Shown here piece by piece: positions 40,294 through 48,251 of a DNA stretch of 50,828 bases (its first letter is position 1; every line of letters begins with the position of its first letter). Origin of the DNA: a phage. The DNA lies in sequence record PZ452605.1, one strand, 5' to 3'. The position numbers were made by a program, and so were the translations under genes. Below the pieces are notes generated by a model. That model saw nothing but the letters and a program-made list of their open reading frames with translations. It did no database searches and was not told where the DNA came from.

Positions 40294-40506
40294 TTATCGT
40301 AAAGATTTAAAGACGTATAGTTTATTGCGGTAACTATATATCCGCATTGTTATTTCTCGCAGTGCAATATATTCCTTCCTGTTTTCCGGCATACTGGCGA
40401 GCAATAACAGGCAGTATTTATAAGCGCGGTCAAGATTTCTTTCCGTGCCCCTGCAATATCCCTTGTTGCGCCTGGAGCGGCACAGCCATAACAATTTCTT
40501 GAACAT
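40294..40506 (-). CDS. hypothetical basic Cys/Arg-rich protein (uncertain)
   Basis: 70 aa from internal ATG coupled to upstream stop (TGAAATG); composition is unusual. Confidence 0.2.
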   Translation of the reverse strand: MFKKLLWLCRSRRNKGYCRGTERNLDRAYKYCLLLLASMPENRKEYIALREITMRIYSYRNKLYVFKSLR

Positions 40507-40507
40507 T

Positions 40508-40717
40508 TCAGATCCGCCCATACAGATCGCAAACTTCGTTGATAAAACAGCGTTGAGACTCTTTATCCTGCTTCTCAAACATCGCACGGCACTCATAGCG
40601 GTGATTATGCACGATGACAACAACCATATTTTCAGGCGCTGACGGGTGACGCGCGGAAGCGTCGCAGATTGAAACATCCATACCCATCTCATGTGCTTTC
40701 TTGATCACATCCAACAT
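40508..40717 (-). CDS. hypothetical protein
   Basis: 69 aa from ATG with GGAG RBS. Confidence 0.35.
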   Translation of the reverse strand: MLDVIKKAHEMGMDVSICDASARHPSAPENMVVVIVHNHRYECRAMFEKQDKESQRCFINEVCDLYGRI

Positions 40718-40971
40718 TTTTTCTTCTCCTGCAATAAGCAAACATCATTGATAAAATCAGTACGGCCCTTAATGTTGCTGATGTGGAACGTCTTTTCAGC
40801 GTACAGGCCATCACCTTCAATCACGATCATTACGCGAGTCGGTTTATTCACGGGCGCACGAGAAAAGGGTTGGCGCACCGGAAGAAATTTAGTAGCCACA
40901 TCCAGGTTAGCCCTGGCGGCCCTGCAAAACACCTCCGCCAGATCCAAATCATTTTCGGTAATCACCGCCAT
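40705..40971 (-). CDS. hypothetical protein
   Basis: 88-aa ORF. Confidence 0.4.
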   Translation of the reverse strand: MAVITENDLDLAEVFCRAARANLDVATKFLPVRQPFSRAPVNKPTRVMIVIEGDGLYAEKTFHISNIKGRTDFINDVCLLQEKKKCWM

Positions 40972-41243
40972 TACTTCTTGATCTCCTCACTGATAAATTT
41001 CAGCACCTGACGCAAGAAAACTTCGTTGTTGATAGTCGCTGGCAATTCTTCTTTCACTTCTTGCGGCAGATAGATATTGCCGTGCCAGGTCAAGCAATCG
41101 TAGTTAATACGATAAGAGCAAAGCCACTCGCAATCGTTATCTGCTTCCCATATGCAGAGTTGCAGAACATCGCCAAAATCTTCAACAGTCAGATCCAGAC
41201 CGTGACGCTTAGCGAAATTGAAAGTGGTTTTGCTGATGTTCAT
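40971..41243 (-). CDS. hypothetical acidic protein
   Basis: 90-aa ORF with GGAG RBS after motif-hairpin-leader. Confidence 0.4.
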   Translation of the reverse strand: MNISKTTFNFAKRHGLDLTVEDFGDVLQLCIWEADNDCEWLCSYRINYDCLTWHGNIYLPQEVKEELPATINNEVFLRQVLKFISEEIKK

Positions 41244-41302
41244 TTACTATCTCCTGAGCGGTTCGTTTCGATGGGATAACTATACCAGGTTATCCCGATC
41301 AG

Positions 41303-41322
41303 CTTTTAACAAAAAGTGCTAT
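41303..41322 (-). repeat. intergenic motif copy, co-directional (minus)
   Basis: ATAGCACTTTTTGTTAAAAG right after stop TAA. Confidence 0.65.
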
Positions 41323-41625
41323 TTATTGTTTTGCGTGGCGCTCAATGTAAGCGCGGATAGTTTCAGCGGTGTCTTTCGCAGATCCAAACGTGCCCTTTAC
41401 ATGGCGAGCGTCGCGGTAAGCCTGGAAGAATTTACGCGCGATATTTGCAAACATTGCACCAGTAACGCGAGCGTCGCCAAAATTTGTTTCAATGGCATTG
41501 CTGATGCCGTCCTGGAATTCATGCTCAGTCATGAACAGTTCAGCCATTTCTGCTGTTTCGAACAGGTCAGCCAGTGCTGCCATATTCTCGTGGTCTTTAG
41601 CGGTGAACAGGTTCATGTTAATCAT
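41323..41625 (-). CDS. hypothetical protein, first gene of early leftward cluster
   Basis: 100 aa from ATG with GAGGA RBS. Confidence 0.45.
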   Translation of the reverse strand: MINMNLFTAKDHENMAALADLFETAEMAELFMTEHEFQDGISNAIETNFGDARVTGAMFANIARKFFQAYRDARHVKGTFGSAKDTAETIRAYIERHAKQ

Positions 41626-41689
41626 TGTTTGGTCCTCATTAAGTGCGGTTCGTTTCGATGTGTGCAATGTACCCGATCAGGCGGCCTGA

Positions 41690-41709
41690 GTTTTAACAAA
41701 AAGTGCTAT
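41690..41709 (-). repeat. intergenic motif copy upstream of first early leftward gene
   Basis: exact 20-mer with no upstream gene; iterons lie just upstream on minus strand. Confidence 0.65.
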
Positions 41710-41740
41710 TTGACGGTTAGCACCAGGATTGCGATCTAAA

Positions 41741-41828
41741 TAATCAAAAGTAATCATTCGTAATCAAATCACGTCAAAATGATGATTGCCTTTGCAAATT
41801 TGATGAGAAAAGTAATCACGTTTAATCA
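41741..41828. repeat. five TAATCA iterons at 10-bp phasing
   Basis: TAATCA at 41741, 41751, 41761, 41813, 41823; in divergent early control region. Confidence 0.6.
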
Positions 41829-42264
41829 TTGGTTGCAGGGGAGATAGTGAAACCTTCCCCTCTTGCCTCACTTTTCCGCCCGGCTGTCAGTGGTTGTTGT
41901 CTTTTGTTCACCCCTGTTACCGATTTCAGGCGGCGTGTTTCCGCGCGGTTTTCCGGTGTAGCGAAAACGGAAAAAACAAAGAAAATCCTCTATAATACAT
42001 TGAAAATAAAGATTATTTATTTATATATATCTATAATGTTTTCTTTTTGTTCTCACTGTTACAGTGCTTTTTGTTGGTTATGGTGTGGTTGTGTGTGGGT
42101 ATATATGGATAGTTGCGCGCGCGGCGGATTGCATATGTATATATACTTTTTCCGGCGGATTGCGTTAACAGCGTGAACAGAAAAATAACAGCCGCGAAAT
42201 CAATAACTTGCGCATGATTTTGTAGTTTTTCGATATTGGTAACGTTTTGAATACAACAAAAACA

Positions 42265-42292
42265 TTGACACGCACCAAATAGCTTTTATAAT
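42265..42292 (+). promoter_or_regulatory. consensus sigma70 promoter (TTGACA-16-TATAAT)
   Basis: perfect -35 and -10 hexamers with 16-nt spacer, 30 nt upstream of ATG 42324. Confidence 0.65.
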
Positions 42293-42323
42293 GCGCCAAC
42301 AGTCAACAACCGGAGGAAAGGAA

Positions 42324-42788
42324 ATGGAACAGAAAACCACTAAGGACTATTGCGATTGGCTTCGCGAGCTTGGTCGCCGCCTGGCTAGTGGAGATATTGA
42401 AGAGTATAAAATGTCACTAATTGACCTTGCCGGAATGTTAAGCGGTGACGACTGCTACAAGATCACGCGCAGTTCATCCTACAGCCGGACCATTATCAAC
42501 CGCGTTCCAGAAGTAAGGGCCGCAGGTCGGGTAAGTATCAAGGTCGAGGAAACGGAAGATGATAAATTTTACGTTTTCCGCATGGTCCGCGAATCGAAAA
42601 GGAAAATCATCACACCCGAAGAATTGCCAGCCATCAAGGCAAGGGCGATCAAAAAGTTTGCCGATCGCTTGCTGGCAGCAATCCCGAATATCGTTGACCT
42701 GGAAGGGGATAAACTGGCTGGAGCTTGTGAGGGCGTAAGCCGCTACCAGGATATGATCCGCGAAATCATCAAAGAGGAAGAGCAATGA
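42324..42788 (+). CDS. hypothetical protein, first gene of early rightward cluster
   Basis: 154 aa from ATG with GGAGG RBS. Confidence 0.45.
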   Translation: MEQKTTKDYCDWLRELGRRLASGDIEEYKMSLIDLAGMLSGDDCYKITRSSSYSRTIINRVPEVRAAGRVSIKVEETEDDKFYVFRMVRESKRKIITPEELPAIKARAIKKFADRLLAAIPNIVDLEGDKLAGACEGVSRYQDMIREIIKEEEQ

Positions 42789-43057
42789 AAAAGGCATTAA
42801 TCAGCGTTTTGGCGGCAATGGCATTCCTGACCGGATGCAAAGAAGATGGCGCGCATGTTGGCAATGTGCAGATGGCTAACCCTGGCGATGACTACAGCGT
42901 AAGGGAGCTATTCACCGCTGACGGTTGCACAGTTTACCGATTCTATGACGATCGCACTGTTTACTTCACCAACTGCAAGGGAACGACTAGCTGGGAAGTG
43001 TCGAAAAGCAATGGCAAAGGCACGAAGACAGAACATATGACCGTCGAAACAAAATAG
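42785..43057 (+). CDS. small lipoprotein (second)
   Basis: 90 aa; signal peptide with lipobox LTGC; two further Cys in mature part. Confidence 0.55.
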   Translation: MKKALISVLAAMAFLTGCKEDGAHVGNVQMANPGDDYSVRELFTADGCTVYRFYDDRTVYFTNCKGTTSWEVSKSNGKGTKTEHMTVETK

Positions 43058-43073
43058 CACTTTTTGTTAAAAC
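43054..43073 (+). repeat. intergenic motif copy, co-directional
   Basis: exact 20-mer containing stop TAG of lipoprotein gene; precedes candidate structured RNA. Confidence 0.65.
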
Positions 43074-43106
43074 TCAAAAGCGATAACCAGGCATAATACA
43101 CACATA

Positions 43107-43262
43107 GACGGGCGGCAAGGATTGCTGCGGGAGAGGAGTAACGCAGGGGCTTGATCGAAGTGTCAGGATTCCCAACCGTGAGGCCAGAACTATCACACTA
43201 GCCACCAGGCAGAACGCTAGATAGGTCACTGAGCTGAGGCTACCGACGAAGTGAAGCCCGTC
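43107..43262 (+). ncRNA. candidate structured RNA / structured 5' leader
   Basis: 155-nt GC-rich ORF-free segment; 7-bp closing helix GACGGGC/GCCCGTC; internal hairpins CTGCG...CGCAG and GCAA-GGA-TTGC. Confidence 0.3.
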
Positions 43263-43299
43263 ACAAAAGATTAAACGATTATTTATGTGAAAGGGGTTA

Positions 43300-43482
43300 A
43301 TGATGGATAAGATCATCAAAATGAGCGAAGTCAAGCCGGGAATGATGGTTAAGTTTGCTGGCAAATATCGCCTAGTGCTGGATAACTGCCGCAAAGAGAA
43401 CATTCTTACCATTCGTGTAAATGGCAAGGCGCAGCTATTCGCCCCTAACGCAGATATTGACGTTGAAGTTAGAATTAAGTAA
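43300..43482 (+). CDS. hypothetical protein
   Basis: 60-aa ORF with GGGG RBS. Confidence 0.35.
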   Translation: MMDKIIKMSEVKPGMMVKFAGKYRLVLDNCRKENILTIRVNGKAQLFAPNADIDVEVRIK

Positions 43483-43497
43483 TTAGGAGGAAACACC

Positions 43498-44391
43498 ATG
43501 TTAAAACTTGCTGACATTAAATTCCCGATCACCTTCGAATCTCGCGGCATTGGTCATTACATTTTTACTGATGAAAAAACATGCCATAAAGTTGATTTGC
43601 ATAGCTACAAGCGTGCTCCATCAGGCATGGAGATTGAACACTTCATTGATGCACATAACAAGCACTACAGCGCACTTAAAGACTATGGCTATGCAATGCC
43701 AGGCTACACATGTTTGCACTACAAGCCATATAAGGGCCAGGTGTTACCAGTGCGCTCACCGGAACGCGCAGAGATTCCGATGGTCAATATGAAAACCTGC
43801 GACTACAAAAAGCTGTGGTGCTTAAGTCTGGACAATATCAAGTATCCGATCACGTTCCACACGACTGGTAAGTCAACGATTCGCTACACATCGCGCGACA
43901 ATGGCGTTTATAGCGATGGCACGAAATCAGAGTTGAAAGTTGATTTCTTTGTTGATGGTCACAATAGATACAATCCACACAACGAAAAAGATAAGGTGTA
44001 CTACGTGGAAGACATTACAAAACACTTATTTGGAGAAACACCATTCGGCGGCGGGAAGACGTCAATTCAGAAAATAATTGGCGAGGAGATCCACAAATCG
44101 GCTAGCGAAATAAAAGCGCCTGGAGGCTGGCGTATTGATAAGAGCGCCTTTGCCAATCAAGAAATCGTAACGCAGGGCGCAATTGAAGACATGCCAGTTG
44201 CAGCCACGCTAAAAGGAGTCCAGCTTGATGATGGTTCATGGTATGAACTAACTGCGAAACCAAAGACGATTGAGATTCATGATGATGCTGTTATCCTTCT
44301 GCTTCACTATGGCAGCGCAAAAAACCGGACTGTTGCGGGTGAGATCAGCATCAAGTGCGGAACGATGGTTAAGTGGAAGGTAAAAGTGTAA
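43498..44391 (+). CDS. hypothetical protein with internal tandem duplication
   Basis: 297 aa; AGGAGG RBS; repeats LADIKFPITFESRG and LDNIKYPITFHTTG. Confidence 0.5.
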   Translation: MLKLADIKFPITFESRGIGHYIFTDEKTCHKVDLHSYKRAPSGMEIEHFIDAHNKHYSALKDYGYAMPGYTCLHYKPYKGQVLPVRSPERAEIPMVNMKTCDYKKLWCLSLDNIKYPITFHTTGKSTIRYTSRDNGVYSDGTKSELKVDFFVDGHNRYNPHNEKDKVYYVEDITKHLFGETPFGGGKTSIQKIIGEEIHKSASEIKAPGGWRIDKSAFANQEIVTQGAIEDMPVAATLKGVQLDDGSWYELTAKPKTIEIHDDAVILLLHYGSAKNRTVAGEISIKCGTMVKWKVKV

Positions 44392-44411
44392 ATAGCACGA
44401 ATTGTTAAAAC
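44392..44411 (+). repeat. intergenic motif copy, co-directional (variant)
   Basis: ATAGCACGAATTGTTAAAAC after stop TAA; TATAAT 18 nt downstream. Confidence 0.6.
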
Positions 44412-44464
44412 TCAAATGTGGGGCCAGGTATAATGGCCTCACTTTCAACGAAGGAGATAAAACG

Positions 44465-44683
44465 ATGTACATTAGCAAGAAGATGAAATGCGTTTCCGTT
44501 GGCTATGGTTGCGCTGGCATGTTTAAGCCTGGCGAAATCTATACGGCGCAAAAAATGAAATCATCAACCGGATCTTTTTACGTGAGCAATAGCAAGGGGC
44601 ATCGCATGTTCCTGAACGGCGGCGAAGGCACTAAGGTTATGGCGCACGCGATGGTAATTGCTGAATTTGAGGAAGTGAAATAA
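44465..44683 (+). CDS. hypothetical protein
   Basis: 72 aa from ATG with GGAG RBS. Confidence 0.4.
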   Translation: MYISKKMKCVSVGYGCAGMFKPGEIYTAQKMKSSTGSFYVSNSKGHRMFLNGGEGTKVMAHAMVIAEFEEVK

Positions 44684-44865
44684 TGGATGATTTTACTCGG
44701 CTTGTTCTAGGCTGGATTGTATTTCTTTTTGCGTGGCTTATCCACTGTGCGAGACATAAATTCAGACTGAGCTATGATAATTCATTCGTTATGACCTGCT
44801 TCAGTTTTCCAGGATGGATCATTTTACTTGGGGCTACTGCTGAATACATCCATAAAACATTTTAA
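44683..44865 (+). CDS. small membrane protein
   Basis: 60 aa, two hydrophobic segments. Confidence 0.4.
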   Translation: MDDFTRLVLGWIVFLFAWLIHCARHKFRLSYDNSFVMTCFSFPGWIILLGATAEYIHKTF

Positions 44866-44875
44866 GGATTAATAT

Positions 44876-45415
44876 ATGAAAAAATACACTTTCGAACTAT
44901 GGGGCAAGAAATACGAATTAATGACCAGCAAGCCGATTGTTATCGTTGATCTGGATGGCACACTATCGGACGGATCGCATCGTTTGCATTTGCTGCCAAC
45001 TGAAAACTTACACCTTACGGAATCGTGGAGCGAATTTAACAGGGCCGCCGCCGGAGATTCACCGATTAAAAGCACGATCGCGGTTATTAACGGTTTATGG
45101 GTGTCGGGATTTGCCATCGTCATCTTGACCGGACGCAGCGACGAGGTGCGCTATGAAACCTGCAAATGGTTGAATGAGAGCGGCGTGAAGTTTGACGAAA
45201 TCATCATGCGCCGCCAGGAGGACAACCGAAAGGATACGGTTATTAAAGAAGAAGCCTTGCGCGCTATTGGCCTGGACAATATTGTTTGCGCCTTTGACGA
45301 TTCGCCGAACGTGGTTAAGCACTTCCGCAGCCTGGGAATCACAACCTATCAGGTCACGGAATACGACAAGCCACACGCTCACCTGCAATCTCACGGCGTG
45401 GAGTGTTTAAAATGA
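44876..45415 (+). CDS. HAD-superfamily phosphatase (nucleotidase / PNK-phosphatase-like)
   Basis: HAD motif I VIVDLDGTLSD; 179 aa. Confidence 0.6.
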   Translation: MKKYTFELWGKKYELMTSKPIVIVDLDGTLSDGSHRLHLLPTENLHLTESWSEFNRAAAGDSPIKSTIAVINGLWVSGFAIVILTGRSDEVRYETCKWLNESGVKFDEIIMRRQEDNRKDTVIKEEALRAIGLDNIVCAFDDSPNVVKHFRSLGITTYQVTEYDKPHAHLQSHGVECLK

Positions 45416-45573
45416 CTTGGTTGCTTTTAATCTTTGTCACAAGTTACAACTCCGCAGCTATTGAGTCGCAGGAGTTCCACGGCGAATCAAGATGCCAGGA
45501 AGCGCGAAAGCAAGTTGTTCTCCACATGTCAGATAGTGGGAAGGATGTAACAGCGTTATGCGTTCGTAAATAG
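45412..45573 (+). CDS. small protein with N-terminal hydrophobic segment
   Basis: 53 aa; ATGA overlap with upstream stop; stop TAG embedded in motif; below ORF-track cutoff. Confidence 0.3.
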   Translation: MTWLLLIFVTSYNSAAIESQEFHGESRCQEARKQVVLHMSDSGKDVTALCVRK

Positions 45574-45590
45574 CACTTTTTGCAAAAAAC
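45570..45590 (+). repeat. intergenic motif copy, co-directional (variant)
   Basis: ATAGCACTTTTTGCAAAAAAC containing stop TAG of small ORF. Confidence 0.6.
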
Positions 45591-45645
45591 AGATTAACGG
45601 GCTTGCGGTATAGTAAGCCCATCAACAACAAACGAGGATTAAATC

Positions 45646-45909
45646 ATGGCTGACAAGATCGAGTTTTTTAAAGCTGTAGACATTATCGACGGCGCGCCTA
45701 GCTTCTTTGCTATCCATTCTATTGACGGCAAGGATATTGGGTACAACGTTATCCGTCGAGATGGAATCTCAAAACTTAGTGACCTAGTAGGCCATATTGT
45801 GTCAAACGGGAAATGCGCATGGCCCGATTCGCCACGAGAGCCACGCCGCCGCGACATGGTAGAGCCTGTTCTGCTTTACACTCTGGTAGTAGAAGGAGAA
45901 AATAAATGA
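45646..45909 (+). CDS. hypothetical protein
   Basis: 87-aa ORF. Confidence 0.4.
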   Translation: MADKIEFFKAVDIIDGAPSFFAIHSIDGKDIGYNVIRRDGISKLSDLVGHIVSNGKCAWPDSPREPRRRDMVEPVLLYTLVVEGENK

Positions 45910-46091
45910 TTTGGTTACTTGCTTTTTTTGTTGTTTTTCTTTACATTTCAGGCTTGTTTACGTTCCGCGCGTTGGTGAAATATTCTGACGCGACAGACAA
46001 AGACGATAAAATCGTTCTCGCTTTCTGGTTTGTTTGGGTGTGGTTAGCAATTTACGAGATCATCAGAGACAAACAGAAATTTGATTGGTGA
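45906..46091 (+). CDS. small membrane protein
   Basis: 61 aa, two hydrophobic helices. Confidence 0.35.
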   Translation: MIWLLAFFVVFLYISGLFTFRALVKYSDATDKDDKIVLAFWFVWVWLAIYEIIRDKQKFDW

Positions 46092-46147
46092 TTCTTGCTA
46101 TGGCGCATTCATGCAGTGCGCCATGTTGAGAAAACCTAAAGGGGGAA

Positions 46148-46291
46148 ATGATGCGTAACTTTGAAAAAATCGTTACCAAAAAGAATCGTCGCGGATACGA
46201 TGAGCATGTAGAGTTTGTGAACAAGCAACGCAAGAAGCGCCATAGACGCGAAATGCTGCATAATATCAACTCACGCTATGGAGATCATTAA
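46148..46291 (+). CDS. small basic protein
   Basis: 47 aa, K/R-rich; GGGGG RBS; stop overlaps kinase start. Confidence 0.3.
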   Translation: MMRNFEKIVTKKNRRGYDEHVEFVNKQRKKRHRREMLHNINSRYGDH

Positions 46292-46293
46292 TC

Positions 46294-46884
46294 ATGAAGC
46301 GAGACATTATCATCCTTAATGGGCCGCCAGGCTGCGGGAAGGACACTATTGCAGCTTACCTAACGGGCCATCGTTACCCTGCTGTCAAGGCGTCATTCAA
46401 ACAGCCGATGTTCGATATTGCTTTTTCTATGCTGGGCGTGTACCGATACGATGAATTTATGGACATGTACAACGACCGAGAGCAAAAAGAAAAGCCTCAA
46501 GTTATCTTAGGAGGCAAGTCACCTCGACAATTCATGATCTGGATTAGTGAGGATGTAATGAAGCCAGTTTTTGGGGGTCACTATTTCGGGCGTCGAATGG
46601 TTGAAGAGATTCACGAGAGGTACCGAGATTTGGCGGTTGTAATCAGTGATGGCGGATTCCCCGAAGAAATCAAGCCGCTTGTTAAGGCAGGGCATGAAGT
46701 GCATATTTGCCGATTGCATCGCGACGGCTTCACGTTTGCTGGCGATTCGAGAGACTACATTGACCTGAGCGGTTATCACTATCGAATCCATCACTATGAT
46801 TTCCACTTGCAGGAAGGTAAGCCGGAACTGGCTGTAAGCGAGATCGTCAATGCAGTCAAATGGAAGCACACACAGATTAAATAG
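46294..46884 (+). CDS. P-loop kinase (dNMP kinase-like)
   Basis: Walker A LNGPPGCGKDT resembling phage dNMP kinases; 196 aa. Confidence 0.55.
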   Translation: MKRDIIILNGPPGCGKDTIAAYLTGHRYPAVKASFKQPMFDIAFSMLGVYRYDEFMDMYNDREQKEKPQVILGGKSPRQFMIWISEDVMKPVFGGHYFGRRMVEEIHERYRDLAVVISDGGFPEEIKPLVKAGHEVHICRLHRDGFTFAGDSRDYIDLSGYHYRIHHYDFHLQEGKPELAVSEIVNAVKWKHTQIK

Positions 46885-46899
46885 CACGAATTGCTAAAC
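46881..46899 (+). repeat. intergenic motif copy, co-directional (variant)
   Basis: ATAGCACGAATTGCTAAAC containing kinase stop TAG; hairpin then TATAAT. Confidence 0.6.
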
Positions 46900-46954
46900 G
46901 CGGGGTTATCGGCCCCGCTATAATGCTCACATCAACAAGTAAGAGGAAATCACA

Positions 46955-47335
46955 ATGGTTAACATCCGAAAAATCCGCGTCGGCACTAAATTCTTAGTTA
47001 CTTACGCAATTCCAGATAGCGGAATGAAGAAGGGCCAGATTGTTAAGGTTGATAGCAAAAGATTCGGAATCCCTGGTATCAATGGCTATCTAATCAATAA
47101 AGATCTTGGATTCGACGGATTCGCTATCCGTTCGCTTGAGGGTATTGTTGCCACCCTTAAACGAATCACCAATCATCGCGGCTGCCCAATCAAGACGATT
47201 AAAGCGCCAACCAATTACGGCAAACTGGATAATCGTCGAATCCGCCGCCTGGCGCGTAACGCGTTAAAATTCCGTGGCGTAGGCGATGATTTCTACTATG
47301 GATACAAGAGGATTGCGCGCAATGCTGGGAAATAA
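46955..47335 (+). CDS. hypothetical basic protein
   Basis: 126-aa ORF with AAGAGG RBS. Confidence 0.4.
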   Translation: MVNIRKIRVGTKFLVTYAIPDSGMKKGQIVKVDSKRFGIPGINGYLINKDLGFDGFAIRSLEGIVATLKRITNHRGCPIKTIKAPTNYGKLDNRRIRRLARNALKFRGVGDDFYYGYKRIARNAGK

Positions 47336-47684
47336 CAATAACGCAACGAATCCTAAGCCACCTTTTGATTTTCATTCCGCAATGATTGCGGTATTATCAA
47401 TGCTACTTTTTCTTTATAGCATGAGGGCGCTACTATGGTTTTTTAACGCATTGAAACGACTGTTTAAGCCGGAATACCGGATCGTATTTTGCCGCGACTG
47501 TTCTACTTATCATGTGCAGCGACGCAGATTAGGCGGCAATTGGCACTATGTTACAGATGACTTTTTCGGCATCATTGCCACTGAATTTAAGTGTTATAGC
47601 GATGCTTATATGTACGTCAAGAAGCGCCACCGCTTACGCAAGTGTCGTTTTTCCGCACTGATTCACGTTAATGATTGTTACTGA
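47322..47684 (+). CDS. membrane protein with C-terminal Cys-rich region
   Basis: 120 aa; hydrophobic helix then CRDC...C...C. Confidence 0.35.
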   Translation: MLGNNNNATNPKPPFDFHSAMIAVLSMLLFLYSMRALLWFFNALKRLFKPEYRIVFCRDCSTYHVQRRRLGGNWHYVTDDFFGIIATEFKCYSDAYMYVKKRHRLRKCRFSALIHVNDCY

Positions 47685-47691
47685 GGTGAAA

Positions 47692-47874
47692 ATGAAAACT
47701 GGTATTATTATTCTTTTTCTGATCCTTTTCGGCAGCCATTTAACCATTAACTATGAGGGCATTATGGCCTTTTGGGGCAACTTGATGATGTTTGCCGCTG
47801 GTTCAATTGCTGGCTACTCTGACGGGAAAAAGGATGGTGTGCGCAAGATGCTGATGGGGCTTAAACAAAAATAA
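47692..47874 (+). CDS. small membrane protein
   Basis: 60 aa, two hydrophobic helices; GAGGTG RBS. Confidence 0.35.
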   Translation: MKTGIIILFLILFGSHLTINYEGIMAFWGNLMMFAAGSIAGYSDGKKDGVRKMLMGLKQK

Positions 47875-47885
47875 GGGGATATGAA

Positions 47886-48176
47886 ATGGCAAACAAAACT
47901 TACCGCAAACTACTGGTTAACGCTTTTGAAAACATCGCGCAGTGTAACAAGTGGAACGACTCTAAACACTCGCCAGTCACAATGAAGCGCGCCGGATTCA
48001 AAAATGCTCGTTCATGGGCGCGAGCTTTCGCATCTTGCTATATGCCTGATGGCGGATTAGGAGCGATGAACGATTTTTTAATCAACATGATAGAGGAGGC
48101 TGCGCGAGAGGATCGACCGCTGACACAGCGAGATTTTGACGACTTCGCGCGCGATGAGCTTTACTATCTGAGCTAA
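47886..48176 (+). CDS. hypothetical protein
   Basis: 96-aa ORF. Confidence 0.4.
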   Translation: MANKTYRKLLVNAFENIAQCNKWNDSKHSPVTMKRAGFKNARSWARAFASCYMPDGGLGAMNDFLINMIEEAAREDRPLTQRDFDDFARDELYYLS

Positions 48177-48195
48177 TAGCACTTTTTGTTAAAAC
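48176..48195 (+). repeat. intergenic motif copy, co-directional
   Basis: exact 20-mer after stop TAA; followed by hairpin AAGGGCA...TGCCCTT. Confidence 0.65.
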
Positions 48196-48251
48196 TTCCG
48201 CAAGGGCATTTGGTAAAGTGCCCTTATTGAAGCGAAACAGAGGAAAGCGCA

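Noticed and set aside
40294-40692. Full-length 132-aa minus-strand ORF
   Set aside because: Overlaps the better-supported 40508-40717 gene, has no RBS and an odd composition; only a shorter coupled version is kept at low confidence.
43100-43270. Possible tRNA
   Set aside because: No T-arm GTTCRANYC signature or cloverleaf seen by eye; not confirmed with tRNAscan.
43074-43550. 158-aa minus-strand ORF spanning the candidate structured RNA
   Set aside because: Antisense to two plus-strand genes with good RBS; low-complexity Leu/Ser/Pro-rich translation; no RBS.
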